DNA of 64,000 bases from IMG/VR virus record IMGVR_UViG_3300042507_004106; one strand, written 5' to 3'. This document shows positions 40,995 to 50,979 of the stretch, piece by piece (positions within the stretch are counted from its first letter, which is position 1; each line of letters opens with the position of its first letter). Under the pieces are notes generated by a model. It was not told where the DNA came from. It did not search any database and saw only the letters and a list, made by a program, of their open reading frames with translations. The DNA is from a virus. Lineage: Duplodnaviria; Caudoviricetes. Made by a program: the position numbers and the translations under genes.

Positions 40995-42457
40995 CAGTTC
41001 TTAAAAGGTATAGTTACAATATCGTAATTAAAGTTTTCTTCATTATAGACTTTGATTCGTTCAATTAAATGATTAAGAGTATAATTTTTTCTTGACTTAT
41101 AACTGATATCATCAGCAATATCATATAGAGTTGCTTTTGTTTTATTATTTCCTTTTCTTAAGACTCGTCCGATTGATTGGAGGTTTCTGATTCTTGATTT
41201 ACTAGGGGAAGCAAAGATAACATTATGTAAATTTCGGATGTTAATACCAGTAGAAAAAGTGCCGTAAGAAGCAACGATGATAGCATTGTTTTCCTTTTCA
41301 GTAATTTCCCTGACCTTTTCTCGATCTTCGGTATCAACACCACCATGTACAAAGAATACATGACGATTTTCAGCGATACTCTTATTTATGAGATCATATA
41401 AAGGTTGACCATGACCTTCGACTCTCGAAAATAGAATCAGAGTATTTCCTTTAAGATCAAGCGCAAGATTCTTGATAAACTTATTGCGTTTTTCGTGATT
41501 AATAATATATTGAACTTCTTCCTCAAAGTTCTCAAACTTATTCGGTGGGTGTTTCAATAGAAGAATGTTGATGTCTAGTTTTGCAACATGACCCTTCTGC
41601 ATCAGTTCGTCAGTTCTGATGATTTTGTATGATGGTCCGAATAATCCTTCCAAAACCCACTTATGAGTTTGTGATCCATCCAGTGTTCCTGTAAATCCAA
41701 ACCGATACTTACAATCGGAAAGTTTGGACATTATAGATACTAATGACTTCGATTTGAACTGGTGTGCTTCATCTCCGACGACCACATTAAATCTTGAAAA
41801 GTATTGACGGGGAAGTTTGTAGATGGACTGCCAGGTTGTGATAATCACCTGAGAGTCAGTTTCTCTTTCTTTTCCAGCGTAAATTTTGTGGCAAAATGAA
41901 CCCACGTCCCATCCATAATCTGCAAAGTCTTTATACATCTGCTCTACAAGGGATGTCGTTGGAACGACTATCAGAGTATTTTGCCCTTTCTCAACGTAAT
42001 ATCTCACAATCGAATATATCATCAACGACTTTCCAGAAGCAGTTGGAGATATCAACAACTTTCTATTATGTCGTAAAGCGTCGTATACTCCCTCAACTTG
42101 ATATTCCCGAGGGGCGTATTTGCTAATTGAATGCATATAATCTTTCACACCTTCTTTGGAAATCATTTCATTGATTTCAAAGGGAAGACCATAGAATTTA
42201 TTATCTAAAAACTCATATGTATATTCGTGATTCTCGCAAAAGCGAATGAGTTTGTCTAGAAGACCTACGTATATTTCACCAGTTTGTGTGTTAAATAAGC
42301 GAATTTTTCCATCCCAGTGCCTACTTCTATACTGGGGCATAAAACGACTATTGGGGACTTCAAAAGTAAATTGGTCCGCCAATTCATAGTAAACGTGAGG
42401 TTCCGCCTTTACTTCAAGATAAACCTCATTTTTTTTAGATATCACCAAATGAGACAT
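40994..42457 (-). CDS. uvsW: SF2 DNA/RNA-DNA helicase
   Basis: PREYQ, SPTASGKS, GDEAH, GFTGTL, STGINI, QSIGRVLR. Confidence 0.97.
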   Translation of the reverse strand: MSHLVISKKNEVYLEVKAEPHVYYELADQFTFEVPNSRFMPQYRSRHWDGKIRLFNTQTGEIYVGLLDKLIRFCENHEYTYEFLDNKFYGLPFEINEMISKEGVKDYMHSISKYAPREYQVEGVYDALRHNRKLLISPTASGKSLMIYSIVRYYVEKGQNTLIVVPTTSLVEQMYKDFADYGWDVGSFCHKIYAGKERETDSQVIITTWQSIYKLPRQYFSRFNVVVGDEAHQFKSKSLVSIMSKLSDCKYRFGFTGTLDGSQTHKWVLEGLFGPSYKIIRTDELMQKGHVAKLDINILLLKHPPNKFENFEEEVQYIINHEKRNKFIKNLALDLKGNTLILFSRVEGHGQPLYDLINKSIAENRHVFFVHGGVDTEDREKVREITEKENNAIIVASYGTFSTGINIRNLHNVIFASPSKSRIRNLQSIGRVLRKGNNKTKATLYDIADDISYKSRKNYTLNHLIERIKVYNEENFNYDIVTIPFKN

Positions 42458-42486
42458 ACATATAGTTCACTTCTATACATATTTAT

Positions 42487-43014
42487 TCATCTCTTATAAC
42501 CTTGCGATCTCCTCTCAGCGTAATATTTTTTAAGAGACTCACTTTTCTTTCTTTTTTCTTCTTCACTTTGTTTTTGACCTGTTCTACTTTTATTACCTTT
42601 CCCTATTTCAGATAATTTTTGTCTTGTTTCTTCACTGTGAGTTTGTGCGCCGACTAGACCTTTATTCCATACTGACCTGCCTTTGTGCGCCTCAGACATT
42701 TTTTTCTTACTTTCTTCTGTATGTTTTTTTCCTTTCATACAAGCAAACCCCCTTTCTCCACCCTCAGTAACATTTACTAATATTCCTCCATCAATTTTTC
42801 TACCATATTTTAAAATAAGTTCTTTTTCTTTTTCAAGAGCAAGTTCTTCTGTAAGGTTATTCAATAAAATAACTATTCTATCTTTTTCTGGAATATTTAC
42901 AAATTTGTGTGTTTTTTTATTTTTTTGGTACGCTCTTCTTCCAGTACCTTTTCCAATATAATAAGGACTTCCATCTTCTCTTAAATAAGCATAAACATAA
43001 AAATCGCTTCTCAT
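42487..43014 (-). mobile_element. Free-standing GIY-YIG homing endonuclease with NUMOD3-like repeats
   Basis: FYVYAY..PYYIGKG, LVNVTEGG, GKKHTEESKKKMSEAHKG, THSEETRQK, GQKQSEEEKRK; own TATAAATA at 43043-43036. Confidence 0.88.
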
Positions 43015-43065
43015 TTGAGGTTTCAGTCGCTAATGTATTTATAATAAAAAAGAGGCATTTCTACC

Positions 43066-43497
43066 TCAATTATATCCTGCGGTAAACTTCGACCATTCTA
43101 TGCTATTCTTAATTTGATAAGTTCTGTTAGATATGCACTTAATAATCTCTTCAAGAAATTTGAGCATAATATCGTAGTATCTTATCTTCAACTCCACTTT
43201 ATTTAACTTCTCATCTGCGTCCATATACCTCTGTATGGCGTCCTTTTCTCTTACCTTATACGGAAATGGTTCTTCGACGTAAACCTCTGCTGGTGCCTTT
43301 CCTGTGTAGTAGTTATAGCGTTCTAGTTTTACTCTGTTGAAAGTTTCTCTTGCCTTTTCTCTCAGCAGAGTGATTGTATTGTAGATTGTATAATACTTTG
43401 CATGTAGTTGTGGAATTTTTAAAGATTCATCATGTAAATTATCAGGATCAATGACAGAATCTTTCTGCCACATCTCCTGTATTTGCTCAAGATTCAT
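43066..43497 (-). CDS. uvsY: Recombination mediator UvsY
   Basis: LHDESLKIPQLHAKY, YYTGKA, RTYQIKNSIEW. Confidence 0.92.
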   Translation of the reverse strand: MNLEQIQEMWQKDSVIDPDNLHDESLKIPQLHAKYYTIYNTITLLREKARETFNRVKLERYNYYTGKAPAEVYVEEPFPYKVREKDAIQRYMDADEKLNKVELKIRYYDIMLKFLEEIIKCISNRTYQIKNSIEWSKFTAGYN

Positions 43498-44039
43498 AAA
43501 GCTTGACCGTCAGTGCCTAGGATGTTATAGACAGTATACTTGAAAGTCACGTCTGCTGTAAAGTACTGGATATCAGTTTGTGTTGAATCAAATTCAAGAG
43601 ATGATAATCCTACTGGGAAAAGATCTTTAAATTTAACAATAGCACTCGTATTATAGCTGCTGTCGAGAACGTACAGACTACCATCACTAAATGCTTCTTT
43701 TGGATCGAGAATATCATCTCTATCTGTAATTAAATCTTTGTATTGCTGTGTAGTTTCTGGAAAACCAAGACCAGTTAACCAATTATGAATCGCCATATAA
43801 TTTTCCATATTTTCATCAACAATAAATCTCAGAATTAAATCACCATATTGCAACTTGCCTCCAGGAACATCCAGATCCTTAAGGTAAGTCGGTTGTTGTA
43901 GAACAGAAAGAGTGATTTCTGGTATTCTTGCCGAGTTACAAAAAAATGGAACAGTTGGTTCCTTTGCTAGAGTGAACTTAAAACCAACTGGCGATAAAAA
44001 ATTTCTATTCGTAATTTGGTTTGGGAAATTACAAGCCAT
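43494..44039 (-). CDS. gp3: Tail tube terminator / tail completion protein
   Basis: NFLSPVGFKF, FIVDENMENY, SDGSL, FKDLFPVGLS; position after gp23. Confidence 0.88.
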   Translation of the reverse strand: MACNFPNQITNRNFLSPVGFKFTLAKEPTVPFFCNSARIPEITLSVLQQPTYLKDLDVPGGKLQYGDLILRFIVDENMENYMAIHNWLTGLGFPETTQQYKDLITDRDDILDPKEAFSDGSLYVLDSSYNTSAIVKFKDLFPVGLSSLEFDSTQTDIQYFTADVTFKYTVYNILGTDGQAL

Positions 44040-44042
44040 TTT

Positions 44043-44573
44043 TTACCTCTTATTGGGTTTTACCTTTGCTGTTTGCGAATCTTGAGCAGTTTTCACATAA
44101 ATTGTTTTCTTTCCAAAATCTCTTGATGTAATTTTTGGATTTCCCGAAACATCTCTAGCTGTCTGTAACGCTAAATCGTAACTTGTTGACTTATTATAGT
44201 TTCCAGCAGGTCCAAAATTACCAGTGTCTGATACTTTAGTTGTTGCTATGGGTGCCTTTGTCCCTGGAGCCATCGTCATTTGTAGTTTTGTACCAAATGG
44301 AGTTGATGGTTTATTACTAGTTCTAGATGCATATGGGACAGCGACTAATCGTTGCTTATCATTAAAACGTTCTCCACTAGCAGTTAATGAACCTGGGGTG
44401 TCTGCTTTACTATAAGAACTAACATTTACGGGTTTCCACCCATATCTCTTTTGCTCAACATCGCTATGAGGTTTTGATGTAAATTTTCCAGTTTTCTTAT
44501 CAAGAACTCCTGGTTTATAGTTTTTATATGCTAAAACTTGAGCTTCTGATAAAAACTCTTTAAACGTTTTCAT
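44043..44573 (-). CDS. RlpA-like (double-psi beta-barrel) protein with CTS-like N-terminus
   Basis: MKTFKEFLSEA; SSY..LTASGERFN..VAVP..PFGTKL..KVSDTG..YDLA; TCTAAATA at 44592-44585. Confidence 0.7.
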   Translation of the reverse strand: MKTFKEFLSEAQVLAYKNYKPGVLDKKTGKFTSKPHSDVEQKRYGWKPVNVSSYSKADTPGSLTASGERFNDKQRLVAVPYASRTSNKPSTPFGTKLQMTMAPGTKAPIATTKVSDTGNFGPAGNYNKSTSYDLALQTARDVSGNPKITSRDFGKKTIYVKTAQDSQTAKVKPNKR

Positions 44574-44593
44574 CTTTTTATTTGTATTTAGAT

Positions 44594-44621
44594 AAAAAAA
44601 AAGAGGGTCCAAAGACCCTCT
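44594..44621 (-). terminator. gp23 terminator abutting a late promoter
   Basis: AGAGGGTC-TTTG-GACCCTCT followed by a long U-tract, then TCTAAATA. Confidence 0.85.
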
Positions 44622-44641
44622 AGATCGAGTTGTGAATTAAA

Positions 44642-46045
44642 TCACATCAGGTTAGCAACCTTGACTCTTCTGTAGTAGGTGTTAGCATTGGTGGTCAGAG
44701 CACCAGCGCCTGGGGTAAGACCCTCAGCGAATGGGTTAGCAACCATTCCGTAACGGGTCTTAAAGCCGATCTTAGGCTGGAAGGTGTTCTCGCCAACGGC
44801 ACGTACCATCTGGAGAGGTACATATGGGCAATAGAACAGACCAGCATCGTATGGGCTAGAACCCTTATAACCAACAACATAGAACTGGTTAGGTGCTACG
44901 TTTGCCGAATATGGGTCAATGTATACGCGATACTTACCTTGGAGAACACCAGCGAAGGTGTTACCGGTGTCGTCAACGTTCAGGTTAGCGTTGAGTGCAG
45001 GGGTGTAATCGAGAACACCAGCCATTGCAAGTGCCGAAGCAACGTCAGCAGAGCAAAGGATAGTGTTACCCTTTCCTCTACGAGTTTGCTGAGCAATCGC
45101 GTTAGCGTCGCGCTCGATCTGGAAGATCAGACCCTTGAACTTCTCAACCGACCAACGACCGTTGGAGTCAACGTCGAGGTCAAAAGTACCAGCGGTAGCG
45201 GTATTGACTTGAGCACCAGGCTTAGCAATCTTGTAGATGGTTCTGATAACTTCGCGGTTGATCTCAGCAAGAATCTCAGTTGAGAGAATGTTTGCGAGTT
45301 CAGCCTCAGCATTCAGACCGTGGATTGCCTTGAGGTCCTGAGCAAGCTCAAGTGAGTACTCAGCCTTGAGGGCGCGTGACTTAGCGGTTACAGTGACCTT
45401 CTCGATTGAGAATGCCATCTGGTTGAACTGATCAGATTCGCCAAGCGATTCTGCGTTGTCAGTTCTCATTCCTTGACCAACGTTATAAGCACTGTCGCCA
45501 GGAGCAGCGTTATTTGCTTGGTTGCTTGGATCTAGAACTGATGGATTTGATCCGCGCTGAGCGGTAGTACCCATACCAACAGCACCGTTTGTCCAACCTT
45601 CGGTCTGGTCGAACGATGCACTTTGACCAGAGAATGCCGAATCTACTTCGTTGTAGAAAGTTTCGGTTCCAGACTGGTTGGTGTAACGTGAACGCATTGC
45701 GAAGATCAGTCCAGTAGGACCGTTCATTGGTTGAACGCCGCAGAGATCATAGGCGATCAGGTTAGGCATCGAACGACGGATCAGTGAGATCAGTACGGGA
45801 TCGAAACCTTGCATAGCACCGGTGCTTGCAGCACTAAATCCAGTACCAGCTCCAGTGCTGGTTCCGGTGCTATTGGTTGGGGACTCATAGAGGAACTCAC
45901 GCTCTTCGCGGATGGTTCTCTCTTGGTTTTCGAGCAGGATTGCGGTTACAGCTCTACGATGTGAATCTTTGATAGGATCAAGACCATCATAGTCGAGGAG
46001 CGGTGCCCACTTCTCCTGCAGATGCTCGGTATTGAACATTTGCAT
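44642..46045 (-). CDS. gp23: Major capsid protein
   Basis: EKWAPLLD, LISLIRRSMP, GVQPMNGPTGLIFAMRSRY, EINREVIR, YCPYVPL, FQPKIGFKTRYG. Confidence 0.98.
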   Translation of the reverse strand: MQMFNTEHLQEKWAPLLDYDGLDPIKDSHRRAVTAILLENQERTIREEREFLYESPTNSTGTSTGAGTGFSAASTGAMQGFDPVLISLIRRSMPNLIAYDLCGVQPMNGPTGLIFAMRSRYTNQSGTETFYNEVDSAFSGQSASFDQTEGWTNGAVGMGTTAQRGSNPSVLDPSNQANNAAPGDSAYNVGQGMRTDNAESLGESDQFNQMAFSIEKVTVTAKSRALKAEYSLELAQDLKAIHGLNAEAELANILSTEILAEINREVIRTIYKIAKPGAQVNTATAGTFDLDVDSNGRWSVEKFKGLIFQIERDANAIAQQTRRGKGNTILCSADVASALAMAGVLDYTPALNANLNVDDTGNTFAGVLQGKYRVYIDPYSANVAPNQFYVVGYKGSSPYDAGLFYCPYVPLQMVRAVGENTFQPKIGFKTRYGMVANPFAEGLTPGAGALTTNANTYYRRVKVANLM

Positions 46046-46092
46046 TGGATTTTACCTCTTTAGAAGTGTTAGTTTGATTTATGATTTAAAAA

Positions 46093-47247
46093 TCACTTTT
46101 TAGAAACTCTTTGGAGAGTCTGAAGATATGCACTCATTGTGCTTCCAACTTCTTGAGCATTGCTCATATCTGTTGATTCAGACAGATTTTCACTAGCGTT
46201 TCTTTGAGTACCAGCAGTTCTGGTTGAGAAATAAGATTCTCTCAGAGTTACTAGCTTCTCACGATAGCTCTCTTCACCATCAAACTCAACATTTTCGGCA
46301 AGAGAAGCGAGTTTGTCCTTCTGAGAAAGTGCAAGACCCTCAGCGACTTCTGCAAAGATTACATCAGCAACCGACTCGGCTAATCTTCTATTCAGAGCAA
46401 CATTTCTTTCAATTTGCTCGTTGAGTTTTTCTTCCATTTCATCAAGTTTATCTACCATACTCTCGATAACATCATATCTATCTTCAGGGATTGTTACATA
46501 ATGATCTTCAAAAAGACTCTTCATTCCTGCAAGGAATGATTCGGTCATTTCAGTCTTAAGACCGTGCTCAACTGCGAGTGCATTCTCTTGAATCCACTCA
46601 TCAGCAACATACTCAAGGTATGCATCAACACGCTCAGTAAGACCTTCTTTAATTTGAGCAATCTCTTCAATAAGAGTTGCTTCATACTTTGATTCTAGAT
46701 CTTCTTTGATTTCAGCAACCTTAGATTTGATTGCTGCTTCGAAGATGGTACGTGCTTTCTCTTGGAATTCCTCAGAAAGCTCTTCACCTGCAAGAAGAGC
46801 ATTAACATCCTCTTCGATGTCGAACTCTTCTTCCATTTTCTTTTTCTTACCACCCTCTTCCTCTTCTTCTTCCTCCTCTTCTTCTTCCTCTTCCTCTTCT
46901 TCGTGCTTAGCTTCGGTTACTTCCTCTTCACCGATTTCTAGATCTTCTTCATCTTCGACAAGATCCTCTTCATCTTCAACCTCTTCCTTAGCAAGAGATT
47001 TCATTGGCTCGGCAGCTGCTGCTTTAGCATTAACTACATTTCTCACTTGAGCAAGAGTTGCGCCTGGAGTTTTGAGTGCTGCAGACCCGTCATCTGGACG
47101 ATAGTTTTCTGGTGTAGGACCACCAAGATCTTCCCAACCACCAGTCTGTCCTGGAGTTGCTCCATCCAGGTGATGCATTGGTTCGGCAGGTGCAGCCCCT
47201 TTGGTTACTACGTTTTCCATTTCTTGTAAATTTCTACCAACGGACAT
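46093..47247 (-). CDS. gp22: Prohead core scaffold protein
   Basis: Acidic linker, LSEEFQEKARTIFEAA, YLEYVADEW, position between gp21 and gp23. Confidence 0.93.
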   Translation of the reverse strand: MSVGRNLQEMENVVTKGAAPAEPMHHLDGATPGQTGGWEDLGGPTPENYRPDDGSAALKTPGATLAQVRNVVNAKAAAAEPMKSLAKEEVEDEEDLVEDEEDLEIGEEEVTEAKHEEEEEEEEEEEEEEEEGGKKKKMEEEFDIEEDVNALLAGEELSEEFQEKARTIFEAAIKSKVAEIKEDLESKYEATLIEEIAQIKEGLTERVDAYLEYVADEWIQENALAVEHGLKTEMTESFLAGMKSLFEDHYVTIPEDRYDVIESMVDKLDEMEEKLNEQIERNVALNRRLAESVADVIFAEVAEGLALSQKDKLASLAENVEFDGEESYREKLVTLRESYFSTRTAGTQRNASENLSESTDMSNAQEVGSTMSAYLQTLQRVSKK

Positions 47248-47286
47248 TTTAGATTGATTGTGTTATAATCTATATTTATTTATAAT

Positions 47287-47937
47287 TTAAAGATTTGAAA
47301 GAAAATCTTGGAACATTTGAACTTTATGTTCCTGGAGTGTTCTTTCATCAATTAGAGTGTTAATTCTACGCTTTGTAGATTCTGCTAGTCTTTCACGAAG
47401 GATTCCTCCTTCCCAGACCCACTCTTTACCTTCCATAATTCCCTGAACAAAAGCGTCAGGGGCAGAAGGATCGGCAACGATGTCAGCAGCAGTTGCTAGC
47501 ATAAAATCTTCGCCAACAATTTTATGACCCTCATTGGTCATCTTGAGTGATCCTACACCACGAGAAGAAACACCTAAGCAAACACCTTCATCGATAAGTG
47601 ATTTTGCAATCTTACCCATCGGGGTTTCAAGAAGTTGTGCTTTTCCTCTGAAATTGTTTCCTTCCCTAGTAAGAGAAACAATCTTATGAGAAACGCGATC
47701 AAGATTTACTGTTGGACCATCTGGGTGTCCAAGTTCTCCAAGAGCGCGACCTTTGTTGATAAAGGATTCTGTATATCTCTGAACTTCGCGAGAGAGTGTC
47801 TCCATAGGATACATTCTTCCGTTACGGTTACAGATATCACCTTGAAGGAAAACACCTTCAATATACATTTTCTTTTGAGATCCTTTTCCTTCGGTAATAA
47901 ATTCTACCTTTGAAATTTCTTCTGTGATGAGTTTCAT
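47287..47937 (-). CDS. gp21: Prohead protease
   Basis: MKLITE, NRNGRMY, GELGHP (His), GVSSRGVGS (Ser), DIVADPSAP. Confidence 0.97.
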   Translation of the reverse strand: MKLITEEISKVEFITEGKGSQKKMYIEGVFLQGDICNRNGRMYPMETLSREVQRYTESFINKGRALGELGHPDGPTVNLDRVSHKIVSLTREGNNFRGKAQLLETPMGKIAKSLIDEGVCLGVSSRGVGSLKMTNEGHKIVGEDFMLATAADIVADPSAPDAFVQGIMEGKEWVWEGGILRERLAESTKRRINTLIDERTLQEHKVQMFQDFLSNL

Positions 47938-47939
47938 TT

Positions 47940-48467
47940 TTATTCGGAAACTAGTTGAACGACTTCTGTAATACTTAGATTTGTTGAACCGCCAACTGCA
48001 AGAGCTGAAACTTTTACACTTCTGGATAAAGTAGATCCTGTTGCTGTAATTACACCAACTACAGTTGAAGTATTTGCGGCAATCGTAACTGTACTATCTG
48101 TTATAGAAGTTACTAATTGATGAACAGTATTAATACCTGCAGGTTGAGCATTTTCAATCGTTACATAATCTCCAACCAGGAATGGATTTCCTGCATTATT
48201 ATCAAAAGTAACCACTGTTGTTGTTCCAGTAGTGATTCCAGCAATTTGCTGCTTTGCAAGTCTCTCTTTCAAAACTTCATTTGCGAAAGGAGAAATAAGC
48301 AATGAATTAACAGTAGCTACAGGATCGCCACCAGTTTCTACATATGCTGCAGTGGATCCAGCAGCAACTCTAATGTAACCACTTTTGAGGGCAATTGGAT
48401 CACTTGTAGTCGCTGTGGAAACCGTTGGTGAAATTCTATTTACATTTTGAACGATTTTTATCGCCAT
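47940..48467 (-). CDS. Probable virion structural protein
   Basis: Thr/Val/Ala-rich beta composition; late-type TATAAATA at 48667-48660. Confidence 0.7.
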   Translation of the reverse strand: MAIKIVQNVNRISPTVSTATTSDPIALKSGYIRVAAGSTAAYVETGGDPVATVNSLLISPFANEVLKERLAKQQIAGITTGTTTVVTFDNNAGNPFLVGDYVTIENAQPAGINTVHQLVTSITDSTVTIAANTSTVVGVITATGSTLSRSVKVSALAVGGSTNLSITEVVQLVSE

Positions 48468-48634
48468 TACGCTTCATCTCCGGATTGATCTTCAGTACCA
48501 AACATTACTGCTGCTATTTCAGGTCTAGCAGCATCTACCTTATCTGCGGCTTTAGCATAAAGTAATTCTTTGATTTTGTCGGAAACATCTGAAGGTGCTC
48601 CATCGGTCGCAATCAAATCGATAAGTTCTTCCAT
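48467..48634 (-). CDS. 55-aa acidic protein, probable prohead core peptide (not in ORF track)
   Basis: MEELIDLIATDGAPSDVSDKIKELLYAKAADKVDAARPEIAAVMFGTEDQSGDEA*; position after the portal, where T4 has gp67/68. Confidence 0.75.
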   Translation of the reverse strand: MEELIDLIATDGAPSDVSDKIKELLYAKAADKVDAARPEIAAVMFGTEDQSGDEA

Positions 48635-48662
48635 AAAAAAATGTGTGCTAATATAAGATTAT

Positions 48663-50357
48663 TTATATCTTCCCACCTTTGGGTTCTTTGATTTCTACTT
48701 CTGGGGCGCTAATAGTTGGTTCAATTGGAACTTCTCCACCTGCTCCTTGTTCTATAGCCTGCCCAGCAGATTCACCAGCTGGTGGTAATGGATTGCCCAT
48801 TTCATCTACTGGAGCATTGGGATCTGGGAGAATACCTTTTTGGATCTCATCCTCAATTTGCTCATCGATTTCAATAATTTCGGAATCAGTTTGGCGAAGA
48901 ATTTTTCTACGAACATATTCTGTAGAATAATACTTACCAATATATGGTTCTACGGTAGTTAAGAGAGTTAGGCGATTGGTGAGTAATTCTGCCTCTTTAA
49001 GTTCTGAGAAATGGTTATCATATAAGAAGTCATATTGAATATGATCCTCCATTCTTTCCCAATCTTCTGGAGTTACTACGTTCTTCAGAAGAAGTTGTGT
49101 ACGAAGCATGTCATTGAACATTTGAGCAAAACGCTTTCTCAAACGTCCAACGAACTTCGAAAACTTAAGTTCATCGCGAAGAATCTCAGATGAGCGACCT
49201 AAGTTAAATCCATCACCGGAACCGGTAATTCTTGATTCTGGAACATTTAAAGATCTATAAAGTTTTCTCTGGAAATAATCAATATCACTAATTTCACCAA
49301 GATTTTGTCCACCAGGAAGAGTAGTAATTTCTGTACCTCTACCACCTTCACGGCGAGGAAGCCAGAAATCCTCAAGCATACTCATGAATTTCCGATCGTC
49401 ACGGATTTCTCCAGTGTTTGCATCGTAGACGAGTTTGTTACGATAGCGACTCATTACCTCTTTAAGATATTGTTCCGCTTTAACTTTTGGGAGATTACCT
49501 ACGTCAATATAAAAAATACGACGTTCTGGTGCTCTAGATAACCTATAGATAACTAATGAATCCTCAATCATTCTCAATTGATTGAGTGCCTTAATTGCTT
49601 TATGGAGATATGAAAGAACCGTTCCCTTATTTCTATCTACAAGACCAGATGTGCAATAAGTAATAGAATCTTTTGCAATCTTAATCGATCCTTTTGATGC
49701 ACCACTCAAAGAACCCATTGGATAGTTCGGCATTGGGCTATAGATAAAATACTCTTCAATATCTGAGTATGATGCTTCAGAATCTAAAGATTGTGCATTA
49801 GAAGTAAGCCTACTTACAATAGGTTCATTCTTAATGCCCGTCATTTTCTTCTCTTGACGAACATGTTTCATTTTCATTGGATCAATATACCTGAGTTCTT
49901 TGATTCCCTCCTCAGGTTTTTTGATATCAATGACTTTTAGATAATATAAACGACCATCTACGTACCAATTTCTAAAAATTTCGTGACTTTTTCTATCAAA
50001 GTCCATCATCTCTTTGATAGACTTAAATTCCTCTCTTATAATTTTCTTTAATTTATCACTAGCATTTAAGTTTGAAAGTTCAATTTCTACTGGAGAATCA
50101 TAGAGATCACTTACAATTGCTTCATTAACAACATCTTCAATGGCGCTATCGCATTCTGGGTGTAAAGCCATTTCGCGATAGCGACGCATCAAATCAAATT
50201 CAGTCCTATAAACACCCTCAATATCTACATATTGTCCATAAAATCCAGATTGAATATAATAATCAACCCCGTCCTCATCGGTTGGAGGGACGGGGGAAAC
50301 TATAGATTTGGATTTGTCTTCGTTATCTTCAATCGAAAAACCAAAAAGTTTCGCCAT
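48663..50357 (-). CDS. gp20: Portal protein
   Basis: MAKLFGFSI, WYVDGR, LRMIEDSLVIYRLSRAPERRIFYIDVGNLP, EDFWLPRREGGRGTEI. Confidence 0.98.
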   Translation of the reverse strand: MAKLFGFSIEDNEDKSKSIVSPVPPTDEDGVDYYIQSGFYGQYVDIEGVYRTEFDLMRRYREMALHPECDSAIEDVVNEAIVSDLYDSPVEIELSNLNASDKLKKIIREEFKSIKEMMDFDRKSHEIFRNWYVDGRLYYLKVIDIKKPEEGIKELRYIDPMKMKHVRQEKKMTGIKNEPIVSRLTSNAQSLDSEASYSDIEEYFIYSPMPNYPMGSLSGASKGSIKIAKDSITYCTSGLVDRNKGTVLSYLHKAIKALNQLRMIEDSLVIYRLSRAPERRIFYIDVGNLPKVKAEQYLKEVMSRYRNKLVYDANTGEIRDDRKFMSMLEDFWLPRREGGRGTEITTLPGGQNLGEISDIDYFQRKLYRSLNVPESRITGSGDGFNLGRSSEILRDELKFSKFVGRLRKRFAQMFNDMLRTQLLLKNVVTPEDWERMEDHIQYDFLYDNHFSELKEAELLTNRLTLLTTVEPYIGKYYSTEYVRRKILRQTDSEIIEIDEQIEDEIQKGILPDPNAPVDEMGNPLPPAGESAGQAIEQGAGGEVPIEPTISAPEVEIKEPKGGKI

Positions 50358-50388
50358 TTTATAAACTTAATACCTTGTTATATACTAT

Positions 50389-50979
50389 TTAGTTGATATC
50401 AGAACCGCCTGCTGCTGAAGAAGTGCCCTTAACTGCTTCCCACCAGTGAACTTGAAGTTCAACTGTGAATTCCTGAATAGAATCAGTTCCATAATCAAGA
50501 GGAATTGAACTGATGCTAGTTGGGAATAAATCGTACATATGATATGATCTTAGGATAGATCCATCACGATTTAATTGGTGGACATAAGCATCTGCTTCAT
50601 ATTGAGTTGGGTCTGTTTGTCCAGTGTTATCAGAAAGGCGGTTGATGTAGTTCATCCACTGCTCAAATGCAGATCTAATCGCAAAATCCGTGTCGTTAAT
50701 GACGGTAATTGTCCAGGACTCAAAGCTGCGATCTCCAGCAAGTTTTAGAGTTCTCCCTCTAAATGCTACCTCAAGAGAGGTTACGTTTGATGATGGGATA
50801 GCAGCTGCCTTTACAAGAAATCTGGACTTATCAAGAACTACATTATCAACGTTGATTGCTGAAGGAAACGCTAATTCAACCTCAAAGAGGTTACTTCTAG
50901 TACCGCCACCGGTTAGTTTACTCTTGAAGTCAGTAATCTTCCTTAAAGGAATATTATTGATTTGTTCTCTGGTTGCCAT
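50389..50979 (-). CDS. gp19: Tail tube protein
   Basis: RSNLFEV, FRGRTLKLAGDRSFESWTITVIND, LFPTSIS. Confidence 0.95.
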   Translation of the reverse strand: MATREQINNIPLRKITDFKSKLTGGGTRSNLFEVELAFPSAINVDNVVLDKSRFLVKAAAIPSSNVTSLEVAFRGRTLKLAGDRSFESWTITVINDTDFAIRSAFEQWMNYINRLSDNTGQTDPTQYEADAYVHQLNRDGSILRSYHMYDLFPTSISSIPLDYGTDSIQEFTVELQVHWWEAVKGTSSAAGGSDIN

